Below the pieces are notes generated by a model. That model was given only the letters and a program-made list of their open reading frames with translations. It had not been told where the DNA came from and did no database searches. Source: the human T2T-CHM13v2.0 reference genome, Homo sapiens. Taken from it: 64,000 bases of DNA. This document shows, in pieces, positions 30,012 to 47,430 of this stretch (position 1 is its first letter; each line of letters begins with the position of its first letter). The stretch is taken from NCBI RefSeq assembly GCF_009914755.1, contig NC_060929.1. One strand, given 5' to 3'. Made by a program: the position numbers and the translations under genes.

Positions 30012-30512
30012 TGTCAAAGAAAAGTTACACTTGGACAAGTTAAACAGGCAAGGAAGATTTTATTCAAAACTGTCACCATAGCAGAGAGAGATTGAACTTA
30101 ACCTTACTTTAACAAATGCCTGAGAATTTTTAAGCACTGAGTGAGCCAGTAGATACTGCTGGAGGACTTTAGGTGGGAGATTGGCCAATGTAATTAGTCC
30201 ATCTGTGTTTGCTAATTGTCTCTTATTGAAGTTAAGCTCCTACTCTCCCACGGAGACTGGGAGTTAGGAGGCTGTCTTTTTTTTTTAGTTATATTTCAAA
30301 GGGACAGCTCCCAGGTCCTTTAGAAAGACATCCCTGGGTTCCAAAACTGGCAGGAGGCTGGAAAAAGATTTACATCTTAAAGGGGCAGAATTTATAGTTG
30401 CAAGTTTTTAAAAGTAAATACTCTAAGAAAAGGAACCTCAAAGGTATATAGTCAGGAAGAACCTGTCTAAATCTTAGTCAAGCTGAAGGGAACATTAAGG
30501 CTATCCTGCTCA
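30012..30512 (-). mobile_element. ERV1 solo LTR (MER31/MER67-like)
   Basis: TG..CA ends: tgtcaaagaaaag..gttaaacaggcaaggaagattttattcaa ... ctgtctaaatcttagtcaagctgaagggaacattaagg. Confidence 0.7.
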
Positions 30513-30769
30513 ATAAACATGCTGTTTCTCCTTCTGAGTTTCACTAATCACTCCTGTTTTGAAGACCTGTGCTAAAGAATTAAGTGAGCCTCTGATAACC
30601 TTTCAGCAAATTCTCTTTTGCCCTAAACAGCCAAAGTCAGGTTCTGTTGTTTGCAACCAATGTCCCCCTGATAAATCAAGATTGCAGTCCTTATTTCACT
30701 TTGTTTTGAAAATTAGGAAATAAAACTACATTTCCCATTGAGAGTAAAATAAACCAGATATAGTAGGAA

Positions 30770-30930
30770 GGCTATACGTGGGCCTGGAGACCAGAGCTCT
30801 GGATTCTAGTTTTAGTTTAGTCACCATGTGTTTGAGCTCTGAGGCTCATTTATCTCAACATGACAAATGAGAGGGTTGAACCAGATGGTCTCTGAGGCCC
30901 CCTCCAAATCTGTTATTCTAAAACTGTGAT
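30770..30930 (+). mobile_element. MIR3/MIRc fragment
   Basis: gagggttgaaccagatggtctctgaggccccctcc..tctgttattcta. Confidence 0.55.
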
Positions 30931-32699
30931 AATTTTGACCAGTTAAATAAATGCATCATTAGAAATGGAAAACAAAAAAGATTACTCTTTTAAACCCAAA
31001 TTTTCATTGACTGGAAAAGATAAAGATAACTATGCCAAAACTGTCCATGGTTTAGTAAAAGTGAAATCACAGGCAGAATTTCGAATAACAAGTTTTGATT
31101 TGATGGGAGTTCAAAGCAGCCATAATTGACTTTCTGTTCAAAGAGGCTCTTAGCATAGACCTACACAAATTGCCCATATAAAATGGTTGGCAAGTACAAA
31201 GGAAAAAGACAAGAGCTATGTTGAGTAAAGAGTTATTTTAGACACCGAAGAATACGTTAGAACAGTAACTTGAGAAAGGAGAAACACGACAAACAGCATT
31301 ATAGAATAAATTCATTTCCCAAGCACTCTGGAAGCAGCAATCCAGAGTCAGGAAATAAGATAGCAAATCACACTACAAGGGATAGATGAATCTGTAGTGT
31401 TCACAAAAGGAGGATAAATGAAGTTTATCACGGTGGATTCGGTGTTCAAAAGAGTAGAGAGTTCTTATAACAGCTGCTACTTGTGATGGATCTCAAGAAT
31501 GTTTTCAAATGAGTAGATAAGGTCTCGCAATCCTTGCATTCTGCCGGGACTCAATCCTTTGGAAAAGGAAAGAGAGTAAAAGATAGTAGCTGAAATTTGT
31601 TGCCAGAAAATGCTGAATATAATTTTAAATATGCCTTTCTTATTTGAAATGTAATTCATGCTCATATCTGGAAAAATGCAAGGGAAGGAAAGATAAGCAA
31701 AAGAAAGTAAAACACATACTGCCATTACCCATCTAGATCCAACTCTACTCCATGGTTCCTCCTAGTATAAGATCTCAGATACTACAATGATAGAATTATT
31801 TCTTAAATTACCAGCCACATACCTATGTGTTCAAATTGGAGATTAGATAATTGGACTGTTGCCTTTGCCTTTTCTGTCTCTCCACCTCTAACCATAAATA
31901 CAATTAGGTAAAGATTACTTAAACAGCCTCAGCGTGTTAAGGATGTAACATGGTTTTCCTAAGCTGCTAGCTTAGGCAACAGAGAGACGATCTGCTTCTA
32001 CTGGTAAAATTAGCCTTTCTATCAGCCTGGGTATTACTTCTTGAACAAAGTATGTAGCAAGGGTTTCCATATGTCAGGTTTCCCTTCAAAGGGAATTATT
32101 AAGGTACAATTCCGTGCATTAATATCATAGGTTCCCCTCCTACATGCCAGCATGATTCAGTCAACATTCACAGTGAGTAATGGATATTCAAGTACAGACT
32201 CTGACTGCTGTCAGCACCTAGTCCCCCTAAGTCCCAGCCTCTCAGAGAGGTAAAAACGTTTTTGCACATAGCTCTACATTTATGCTCCTGTTATATGAAT
32301 ATTAGTCGAAGTGGACTTAGAAACCAATGGGTAGCAGTCTTAGGTTTCCAGGGCAAGTCATCTTCCCAGCATGGGCTTTAAGATAAGACTACATTGACTG
32401 ACACTAAAGGCTCTGTAAAAGGGACCAATGAAGATTTCTATGGAGTTTTACATCATTAGCCAAAAATTTCATTTAGAGCCAACTGCTACTTCCTGGAATA
32501 AAGGCAAATGCCAATCACTTACACACGTTTTATAATAAATGTACTACCAACCAATCAAATAATTTAAACATTCAAAATCTTCTCATGGGGAGGACATTTC
32601 AAGCTAGGCAGCCAACACCAACTAGTTTTTGCGTTACTTCAAACGATGACAACAAAAGAAATAAAACTCATTACCCTTGAGTACTCATATTCTGACATT

Positions 32700-33767
32700 A
32701 CACGATGTAAATCATCACTTCAGTGTGAAGTTGAATTCTGTTTGCTAATACTTTGTTGACGATTTTTGCAGCTATGCTCATCAGAAATATTAGTCGTAAT
32801 TTTCTTGTAGCATCCTTGTCTGCCTTTGGTATCAAGGTAGTGTTTTTGGTAAAAGGAGGTGGAAAGTATTTCCTCCTCTTTAATATTTGGAACACTTTAA
32901 GATAAATTGGCTAACTCTTCTTTCAATGTCTGGTAGAATTCTTCAGTGAAGCCATCAAGTCCTGGGCTTTACTTTTCTTGGAGGGGCGGGGGGAGTTTTT
33001 GATTACTGATACAATCCCTTTGCTTGTTATTAACCTGTTCAGATTTTGTATTTTTTCATGATTCAGTCTTGGTAGGTTGTATGTTTCAAGGAAGTTATCC
33101 ATTTCTTCTAGGTTATCCAATTTGTTCGTGTACAATTGCTCAGAGCAATCTCATAATCCTTTGTATTTCTGTGGTTATCAATTATAACGTCTTCACTTTC
33201 ATTTCTTATTTGAGTCGTCTCTGTTTTTTTTAAATTTAATCTAGCTAAAGGTTTGTTAATTTTGTTTATCTTTTCAAAAAAACCAACTCTTAGTTTCACT
33301 GAACATTTTTGGTATGTGTTTTACTTATTTCTGCTCCGATAAATATTTCCTTCCTTCTGCTAACTTAGTTTGACGCTTCTTTTTCTAGTTCCTTTAGGTG
33401 CAAAGTTAGTTTGTCTATTTGGGATCCTTCCTATTTTATTGTAGTAATTTACCACTATAAAATCCCTCTTATAACTGCTTTCACTGCATCCAATAAGTTT
33501 TGGTATATTGTGTTTTTATTTACCTTTGTCTCAAGGTATTTTTTAATTTCCCTTTTGATTCTTTTAATTTGACACATTTGTTGTTTAGGAGTATGTTGTT
33601 TGTTGTCTACATGTTTGTGAATTTTCTAATTTTCCTCCTGGTATTGATTTCTGATTTTAGACACTATGTGGTCAGAAAAATTATTTGATATTCTTCCATT
33701 GCTTGAATTTATTAAGAGTTGTTTTGTCACCTAACATATGAGCTATCCCAGAAAATATTCTAGGCAC

Positions 33768-33770
<3 letters not shown>
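32700..33770 (-). mobile_element. Old L1 (L1M-type) ORF2 fragment; host of the L1PA insertion, continuing at 39928-40125
   Basis: Minus ORFs YTNKLDNLEEMDNFLETYNLPRLN, FFEKINKINKPLARL, KIVNKVLANRIQ. Confidence 0.85.
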
Positions 33771-33809
<39 letters not shown>

Positions 33810-34011
33810 TTATATTTTAAGTTTTAGGGTACATGTGCACAACGTGCAGGTTTGTACATATGTATACATGTGCCATGTTGGTGTGCTGCACCCATTAACT
33901 CGTCATTTACATTAGGTGTATCTCCTAATGCTATCCCTCCACCCTCCCACCACCTGACAACAGGCCCCGGTGTGTGATGTTCCGCTTCCTGTGTCCAAGT
34001 GTTCTCATTGT

Positions 34012-37824
<3,813 letters not shown>

Positions 37825-37887
37825 TATGATGTTAGCTGGTTATTTTGCTCGTTAGCTGATGCAGTTTCTTCCTAGCTTTGATGGTCT

Positions 37888-38900
37888 TTACAATTTGACA
37901 TGTTTTTGCAGTAGCTAGTACCAGTTGTTCCTTTCCATGTTTAGTGCTTCCTTCAGGAGCTCTTTAGGGCAGGCCTGGTGGTGACAAAATCTCTCAGCAT
38001 TTGCTTGTCTGTAAAGTATTTTATTTCTCCTTCACTTATGAAGCTTAGTTTGGCTGGATATGAAATTCTGGGTTGAAAATTCTTTTCTTTAAGAATGTTG
38101 AATATTGGCCCCCACTCTCTTCTGGCTTGTAGAGTTTCTGCCGAGAGATCAGTTGTTAGTCTGATGGGCTTCCCTTTGTGGGTAACCTGACCTTTCTCTC
38201 TGGCTGCCCTTAACATTTTTTCCTTCATTTCAACTTTGGTCAATCTGCCAGTTATGTGTCTTAGAGTTGCTCTTCTCGAGGAGTATCTTTGTGGCATTCT
38301 CTGTATTTCCTGAATTTGAATGTTGGCCTGCCTTGCTAGATTGGGGAAGTTCTCCTGGATAATATCCGGCAGAGTGTTTTCCAGCTTGGTTCCATTCTCC
38401 CCGTCACTTTCAGGTACACCATTCAGACGTAGATTTGGTCTTTTCACATAGTAGCATATTTCTTGGAGGCTTTATTCATTTCTTTTTATTCTTTTTTCTC
38501 TAAACTTCTCTTCTTGCTTCATTTCATTCATTTGATCTTCCATCACTGATACTGTTTCTTCCAGTTGATCGAATCAGCTACTGAAGCTTGTGCATTCATC
38601 ACGTAGTTCTCGTGCCTTGGTTTTCGGCTCCATCAGGTCCTTTAAGGACTTTTCTGCATTGGTTATTCTAGTTAGCCATTCATCTAATCTTTTTTCAAGG
38701 TTTTTAACTTCTTTACCATGGGTTCGAACTTCCTCCTTTAGCTCGGAGAAGTTTGATCATCTGAATCCTTCTCTCAACTTGTCAAAGTTATTCTCCATCC
38801 TGCTTTGTTCCATTGCTGGTGAGGAGCTGCGTTCCTTTGGAGGAGGAGAGGTGCTCTGATTTGTAGAATTTTCAGTTTTTCTCCCCTGTTTTTTCCCCAT
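37888..38900 (-). pseudogene. L1 ORF1 (p40), disrupted
   Basis: Starts atggggaaaaaacag at 38900; fragment KRPNLRL.GVPESDGENGTKLENTL..IIQENFPNLARQ. Confidence 0.93.
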
Positions 38901-39474
38901 CTTTGTGGTTTTATCTACCTTTGGTCTTTGATGATGGTGACGTACAGATGGGGTTTTGTTGTGGATGTCCTTTCTGTTTGTTAGTTTTCCTTCTAACAGT
39001 CAGGACTCTCAGCTTCAGGTTTGTTGGAGTTTGCCAGAGGTCCACTCCAGACCCTATTTGCCTGGGTGTCAGCAGTGGAGGCTGCAGTACAGCAAATATT
39101 GGTGAACAGCAAATGTTGCTGCCTGATCGTTCCTCTGGAAGTTTTGTCTCAGAGGGATACCTGGCTGTGTGAGGTGTCAGTCTGCCCCTACTGGGGGTGC
39201 CTCCCAGTTAGGCTACTCAGAGGTCAGGGACCCACTTGAGGAGGCAGTCTGTCCATTCTCAGATCTCCAGCTGCATGCTGGGAGAACCACTACTGTCTTC
39301 CAAGCTGTCAGACAGGGACATTTAAGTCTGCAAAGGTTTCTGCTGCCTTTTGTTTGGCTATGCCCTGCCCCCAGAGGTGGAGTCTACAGAGGCAGGCAGG
39401 CCTCCTTGAGCTGCAGTGGGCTCCACCCAGTTCAAGCTTCCCGGCCATTTTGTTTACCTGCTCAAGCCTCAGCA

Positions 39475-39624
39475 ATGGCGGGCACCCCTCCCCCAGCCTC
39501 GCTGCTGTCTTGCCGTTTGATCTCAGACTGCTGTGCTAGCAATGAGCAAGGCTCCATGGGCACAGGACTGTCCGAGCCATGTGCAGGATATAATCTCCTG
39601 GTGTGCCGTTTGCTAAGACTGTAA
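39475..39624 (+). pseudogene. L1 antisense ORF0, truncated to 49 aa
   Basis: gcaATGg start; MAGTPPPASLLSCRLISDCCASN.. resembles primate ORF0 (MAGAPPPASLPPCSLISDCCASN..); TAA at 39622-39624. Confidence 0.8.
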
Positions 39625-39927
39625 GAAAAGCACAGTATTAAGGTGGGAGTGACCCGATTTTCCAGTTGCCATCTGTCACCCCTTTCCATCGCTAGGAAAG
39701 GGAATTCCCTGACCCCTTGAGCTTCCCGGGTGAGGCGATGCCTCGCCCTGCTTCAGCTCATGCTCGGTGCACTGCACCCACTGTCCTGCACCCACTGTCT
39801 GACAATCCCCAGTGAGATGAACCCAGTACCTCAGTTAGAAATGCAGAAATCAGCCATCTTCTGCATCGCTCACACTGGGAGCTGTAGACTGGAGCTGTTC
39901 CTATTTGGCCATCTTGGAACCACCCTC

Positions 39928-40125
39928 TCTATGCACATTTTAAAAGAATGTGTATTCTGCTGCTGTTGGATAGAATGTTCTGTATATGTCTGTCATGACT
40001 GACCATTTGGTCTATACTGTTGTTCAATTCCACTGATCCTTATTGATTCCCTTGTTTCCCATGTTATTCATTGTTGAAAGTGGGGTATTTCAGTCCCCTA
40101 CTTTTATTGTATTGCTGTCTATTGC
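39928..40125 (-). mobile_element. Continuation of the old L1 (endonuclease region)
   Basis: aagaatgtgtattctgctgctgttggatagaatgttctgtatatgtc...gaaagtggggtatt..agtcccctac. Confidence 0.8.
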
Positions 40126-40578
40126 ACCTGGAGGACACAATGCTAAATGAAATAAGCCAAACCCAGAAAGGCAAATACTGCATGATCTTGCTTATATGTA
40201 GAATATAAAAAAGAAAATCAAACTCATAGAAATAGTAGAATGGTGGTTTCCAGGGGAAGTGGAAGGGGTGATGAGGAAAATGGGGACATGTTGATCAAAG
40301 AGTACAAAGTTTTAGTTATACAGTATGAATAAATTCTGGAGTCTAATGTATAGCATGGTTACTATAGCTAAGAATCCTATATTGTATACCTGAAATTTGC
40401 TGGGAGAGTAGATCTTAAATGTTCTCTCAAAAGAAGTATTGAGTGATGGACATGTTAATTAACTTGATTGTGGTATCACAATCATTTCACAATGTATAGC
40501 TATGCCAAAACATCATGTGGTACACCTTAAATACATACAATTTTATCAATTACACTTAATTACAGCTGGGAGAAAAAA
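40126..40578 (+). mobile_element. L1MA (about MA8-10) 3' end
   Basis: cctggaggacacaatgctaaatgaaataagcc...gagagtagatcttaaatgttctc...gtacaccttaaatacatacaatttt. Confidence 0.85.
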
Positions 40579-41916
40579 CTCCTAATTTGCATCAGTGATT
40601 GCAAGGTTATGTGCCACACCATACTAAGACACAAAGATACAGGGATACAGAATACAGTAAAACATGGTTCCTGCCAGTTGTAGTAACAACAACAACAACA
40701 AAAGAACATGTTACCAACTGTTACGTCTTGACTTCCCCAAACTAAGCATCTGAGGAAGCATTACAAAGTACCTTGATTTGTTGTTTTTTCCAGAAGCAAT
40801 CTATCCTTTTGAAGGATGTCTAAGATGTTAAAACTAGTGATTTATTCATGGTACAGAAGCACGAGATCTAGACTGGAAGTAGATGATGGAAAACCTGGCA
40901 TTCAGAAAGAAAAGAGTATCTGGGCTGCGTTTTTGCAGACTCTTTGGAAGGGGTCTCAAATCTCTTATTCTAGAAGCATCTGAAAACAGGAAAGAACCCT
41001 GAGGTGACGTATGAAAATAAAAATAATTTTGAAAATTTTTTCAAAAATTTTCAGAATCCAAAATTTAATTCCCAAACTGTAATGAAGCAGAAAGTTATCC
41101 CAAAGTTTCTTGAATTAGCCACCTTATGCCTGTCTTAAGTGACTTTTGATAGATGGTTTAAAGTCTGAAGGAGATATCTAATATCAATCAATGTAAACAA
41201 CTTTTGGCTATTAATTGATGATTAAGTCGTATAACCATCTACAGTGGCATGTTACCTCTGTGATGTGGAATAGGATGTAACAAGATTAACTCACAATAGG
41301 TGGGACCTGTGATGTATCAAGTACATGGATTTTCCTAATTTACTTAGTTGAAAATGTAACCTGACACCACACTTAAAGAAATAACATTGAGCTCTTTGTT
41401 TTGTAATATTATTTTCATTTTAAAAAAAGAGAGGACTATCCTGAAAACGATAAATTATGCTGTGAATAGAGAATAAAGTATAATCTTCTTTCCATTTTCT
41501 AAAAGGCTCTGCATTGATTGCACATGCCTCTCTCTCAAGCCTCATATCCTGACACTGTTCCTTCAAAATTTCAAAGTTTATTCTAACTTTGCACTTACTT
41601 TCCTCTACATGAAATAATCTTTTTTCTCTTTCTTCTCTTCCAGTCTCTACAGAGGTAACTCCTTCTTATTTGGGCTTCAGTACAAATCTTACTTGTTCAA
41701 AAACATGTTCCTTAACTTTGTACAACTTCATACTTTAGTCAACTCTTTATGTTTCTTTTATACTTTCCACAACTTCATTCCTTAGTCAACTCTTTGTGTT
41801 TCTCATGGTTCTTATCTGCATCAGAAAATATCTCATTTACCTGCTTACTGTGTTTTAGTCCCTACAAGTATATAAATTTCAAAAGGATAGGAAACGTGAT
41901 TATCATATTTATCATT

Positions 41917-42429
41917 TGTTGGGAGCAGGCCCCCCAAAATCTGGCCATGAACTGGCCCCAAAACTGGCCATAAACAAAATCTCTGCAGCACTGTAACACG
42001 TTCATAATGGCCCTAACGCCCAAGCTGGAAGGTTGTGGGTTTACGGGAATGAGGGCAAGGAACACCTGGCCCGCCCAGGGCGGAAAAACGCTTAAAGGCA
42101 TTCTTAAGCCATAAACAACAGCATGAGTGATCTGTGCCTTAAGGACATGCTCCTGCTGCAGTTTAGTAGCCCAACCTATTCCTTTAATTCGGCCCATCCC
42201 TTCGTTTCCCATAAGGGATACTTTTAGTTAATCAAATATCTATAGAAACAATGCTAATGACTGGCTGGCTGTTAATAAATATGTGGGTAAATCTCTGTTT
42301 GGGGCTCTTAGCTCTGAAAGCTGTGAGACCCCTGATTTCCAACTTCACACCTCTATATTTCTGTGTGTGTGTCTTTAATTCCTCTAGCACTGCTGGGTTA
42401 GGGTCTCCCCAACTGAGCTGGTCTCGGCA
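41917..42429 (+). mobile_element. LTR3A-like solo LTR (HERV-K HML-6)
   Basis: tgttgggagcaggccccccaaaatctggcca...gagctggtctcggca with TG..CA ends; TSD tcatt at 41912-41916 and 42430-42434; internal aataaa. Confidence 0.88.
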
Positions 42430-42914
42430 TCATTAGGGTCCTATTTTCTACAAGACTGTCTAGAATATTTGTTAAGGAATGAATGAATGAAGTATACAGT
42501 GGCTTTCTAAGGAAGAAAAATTAAAGGAAAATTGTGTTTGTTCAATACTGGCGTGGTTTTCTGAGCCTGGTGCAGTACTTGGCACGTATTATGTACAGTC
42601 TCTTGGTATAAGATACAAAACCCAATTAAGCCAAAATCTGATCATTGTAATTAATAAGAGGTTAAAATACCTCCAGTGTCCTTGATTGCTGTCTATGTAG
42701 AGTGAATAAAATCAAAAGTACATGTCATATATTTTTACATTTTTCAGTAGAATCATATATGTTGTTGACAACTGGCTCCCAGCATTTAATTGAATGTTAT
42801 ACTGATATATGTTTTAGCACTCTTGCACTCATCCTTCTTTAATCAAATTAACCAAATCTATATCTCATCAACCACACATACCTGAAGCTCAAATTTCTTG
42901 ATGGCTATCAGAAA

Positions 42915-43408
42915 GATGTTCTGTCATATGTTCCATACAGCACTATTCACGATAGCAAAGACATGGAATCAACCTAGACACTCACCAACAGTGTGTTGGA
43001 TAAAGAAACTTTGGTGTGTATACACCATGGAATACCATGCAGCCATAAAAAAGAATGAAATCACATCCTTGCAGCAACATGGATGCAGCTGGAAGCCATT
43101 ATCCTAAGCATATAAACACAGGAACAGAAAACTGAATACTGCATGTTCTCACTGATAAATGGGAGCTTACCACTGAGTACTCATGGACATAAAGAGGGCA
43201 ATGATAAACACTAAGGACTACTAGAGGGAACAGAGAGGGAGTGGGGGAGAGGCTGAAAACTAATTGTTGGGTACTATATCCAGTACCTGGGTAACAGGAT
43301 CAATCATACCCCAAACTTCAGCATCATAACCATGTAGTAAATCTGCATTTGTACCCCATGAATTTAAAATAAAAGTTGAAATTATCTTAAAAAAGAAAGA
43401 AAAGAAAA
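42915..43408 (+). mobile_element. L1 3' end (L1PB4/L1PA16-like)
   Basis: ALFTIAKTWNQP..WIKKLW..YTMEY; ataccccaaacttcagcatca...aaaataaaagttgaaatt. Confidence 0.85.
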
Positions 43409-44869
43409 ATGGGCTGTGTTGCAGTATGGTTTTCAACTTCTCTTCAACATTGACCTGTAGCAGTTACTCTTGTCCCTGACTGTAATCTTGGGTCATTCCC
43501 AAAAGAGAGGTGTTCCTCTTTTCATATTAAGTGCAATAATAAATTTTGGAGCCCCATCAAGCCTAAGAATGAGTTGTGCAAATAAGCATCAATTCCAGAG
43601 TTAATGATCTCTTTTCAAACAATGATCCTGTTCTCCAACCTGTTGTTTCCCTGAAAAGTAATTTAAACATTGAAAATTAAAACACAATCTGTTTCCTCCC
43701 CAACCTCTACCTGCTGTCACTACTCCTGGATTAAATTAATTTTATTTAAGCGAAAAGTAACTTGAATTCCAACACCTTGCTATTTGAGGTCCCACCAGGT
43801 TACTGCTACCTTGCTGTAAATCTGGTTGCTTCATTATTACTTTCAGTGAAATTAATATCAACTGCCTATTTGTTTTCCCTGTCAATGTCTTTAAAACTCC
43901 TTGATGGGGGGCCCTAATAAAAAGACATAAAACAATAAGGAAAGCGATTTCTCTACCTTCCTTTTGGTGTCTGACATCATTAATGTGATTAATGAGGTGA
44001 TCAAGGAACCCAAATCACTTGTCACCACTAGATTGCTCATACAATCACCAAGGCTCAAAGGTGGGCAAGGTATAAAAATGAAAGTTTTCTCTTATGTCTG
44101 TTCTCCTTCTTTCTCAAGGAGACAATCTACTCTTGTGTGAAGCTTTTTGTAATACAATAGTAATCATTTTGTAATGGAAAATGCTAAGAAAATGGCAAAC
44201 ATGTTCATTTGGTTCCAAATATTTGTGATGACTAACACGTAGTTATTTTACTTTAAAAGCTTAACAGTACATTCCAGATGATTGAATGATTATAAAATTA
44301 AAAAACAAACATCTGAATTTGTACCTTTAACATAAAAAGTAAAGGGAAGGTGTATACTCACCAATGGAAGTGATTGGAAGTCCAGCAGTAGTTTGGGCTT
44401 CAGACACAGCTAAACTATCTTGCCCTTTCTGTCCCTCTCTTCCTCTCCCCAGTTTTCTTTTTCTGCTTCCATTTTCTGCTCTAAATTTTTCTGTTGTTTT
44501 CAAAATCTTAGAGAGAGAGAGAGAGAGACTCTTCTTTTCTCTCATTCTAGTAAAATTCCAAAATTAATACAAAAACTCAGCTTGGTGACGTGCTTAGCCC
44601 TAGAGGATGAGAATATCAAATACGCTGATGTGTTCACAGAACCACATGCCCAGTCCTGGAAAAGGGAGGGGTCGTTCACTCTGATGTGAAACATACTCCT
44701 GAGCGTGAAATATCAAAATAGCTTTTGCCCACAGGAAGAAAAAAAATCAGTCCCCAGCAGTCAAATAATAAAAATAAAATGTCTACTATAGAAGGAATAA
44801 ATTATTTTCAAAGAGAAAATGGGTTTGCACTCAGTCACATAAACTTTGTTCTACAGAGTTATGCACTGA

Positions 44870-45330
44870 TGGGAATTCTCATACATGGCTTGGGGATATA
44901 AGCTTTAGAAATTTTTGAGAGGGCAATTTGGAAACCTTTTATATATGAATATACACTTTGATCAGACAACCACTCCTCTAGGAATTTATCCTAAAGAAAT
45001 AATAATAAATCTTTGCCAAAAATATGTAACTAAAATGATGTTTATCTCTTTGAATATATAACAACAAAAAATTGGAAGCAAACAAAAGGTTCAAAAATAG
45101 GGAACAGATCTAAAACAGCATCAAAACTGGTAATTTTTTCATGTATTCATTTGCTTATCTGTTATTGATTTATTTATAAAATCTGAAAAGGTATACACCA
45201 AGAGGCTAGGACTGTCTGTCTCTGGGTGGTCGAAATATGGGTGACTTTTCCTGCATTTCGTTCTTTTTTTTTTTTTTTGCTAATCTCTATTTACTAATTT
45301 TTTACCCAATGTGTGTAAACATGTATTAGT
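44870..45330 (+). mobile_element. Ancient L1ME fragments
   Basis: gagggcaatttgg...cactcctctaggaatttatcctaaagaaataat. Confidence 0.55.
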
Positions 45331-46093
45331 TTTGTAATGTTTGTATTCTGAAAAGAGGGCAACTTGAACACAGATGGCTGATTCACTCCAAACACCCTAA
45401 GTGATACCACATTTGGATATGAGGCATGGTGGGACATAGGACACTTCTGAGGTGTTCTTAGGGACCAAGAATTGGCCAGAAATTATTCTTTTATGTGTCT
45501 GTCGCAAGCTTAGAGGTCAGCCTCAGGGCAGAGAGCTTACTGTATTTGGGGTCACCAATGATGACTCAGATGTCTTGGTTCCCTGAGGGAAATCAGCAAG
45601 CAGGTGCCTGGGCTCCTCTTCCAGAAAGGCTGCACCTGACCACTTGCCACATGTTCATACCAACCCCGAAGTCCAGGAAGCAATCACACTGAGGGCAAGA
45701 ATGTCCCATTCCCTAAAGTGGGGAGATGGCTGCTACTTGTATTCCAATTTCATATAATACTTCAAAATTAATTCCAGATGAAGTGAAGATTTAAATGCAA
45801 AATCTAAAATAGTTAAAATATTGTAAGAAACTTTGGAAGAATATGTGTATAATCTTAGATTATCATAAGCAAGATAGAAAACCTAAAGGTTGTAATGAAA
45901 AGTATAGACATATTTCATTATATAAAAGCATCTTTTATGACAAACATAACATGAGAAATATTAAAAGAGAAACGAGAGACTGGAAAAATATTTTCAATGT
46001 TTTCAATGCTTATGTCAGATAAAAGATTTGACATGTCCTTTATTAATAATAATACAAATAAAGGATTTGTAGTCCCTGTATAAAATGATCTCC

Positions 46094-46435
46094 TCATGTC
46101 CTTTGCAGAACATGGATGGAACTGGAGGCCATCATCCTTAGCAAACTAACTCAGGAACAGAAAACCAAATACTGCATGTTTACTTATAAGTGGGAGCTAA
46201 ATGATGAGAACACATGGACACATAATAGAAAACAACAGATACTGGGGCCTACTGGGGGGTGGTAAGTGGGAGGAAGGAGAGGAAAAGAAAAAATAACTAC
46301 TGGGTACTAGGCTTAGTACCTGAGTCACAAAATAACCTGTACAACAGCAAATCCCTGTGACATGAGTTTACCTATATAACAAACCTGCGTGTGTACCCCT
46401 GAACCTAAAATAAAAGCTTAAAAATAAAAGATCAA
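46094..46435 (+). mobile_element. 5'-truncated L1PA (about PA11-15) inserted in an older L1M relic (about 45730-46940)
   Basis: tcatgtcctttgcag..catggatggaactggaggcc...; exact TSD ataaaatgatctcc at 46080-46093 and 46436-46449. Confidence 0.9.
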
Positions 46436-46953
46436 ATAAAATGATCTCCATAAATATGATAAAGAAAAATAGTGGAAGGGAAAAATGGACAGAGGCAAAG
46501 GCTGAAGAGGCTGATAAAAATACAAGAATTCTCCTAAACTCTTTATGGCTTATGGGAATGCAAATTAAAACAATAAGACGCCGTTTTTTATTCATCTAAT
46601 ATAGAAATACTAATGCAGTGAGAATGCAGCACCAAGAAGGAACAGAGATATAATCTCTGATGTGTAATAATTTGTGAATTGCAATGACCACTTTTGAAGG
46701 CTAATTAAGCAGTGAATACTAAAATTGTAAATGTTTACCAACTTTGACCTACCAATCTCACATTAGGGAACCTAGTCTATGAAAATAAAAATCCTTATGT
46801 TATATGAGCAAAGATGTTTGTTGCAATAGTATTTTATAGTGGCAAAACAAAAGGAAAAAATGAAGAACTACTAACAGGAAATGATTGGAAAAATCACAGC
46901 ACATCTATTGCATGCAATAATGGATAGCCATCAGAAAGAAAACTAGGTTAGAC

Positions 46954-47430
<477 letters not shown>

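Noticed and set aside
41027-41056. AT-rich inverted repeat gaaaatttt...aaaattttc
   Set aside because: Low complexity; expected by chance in AT-rich DNA.
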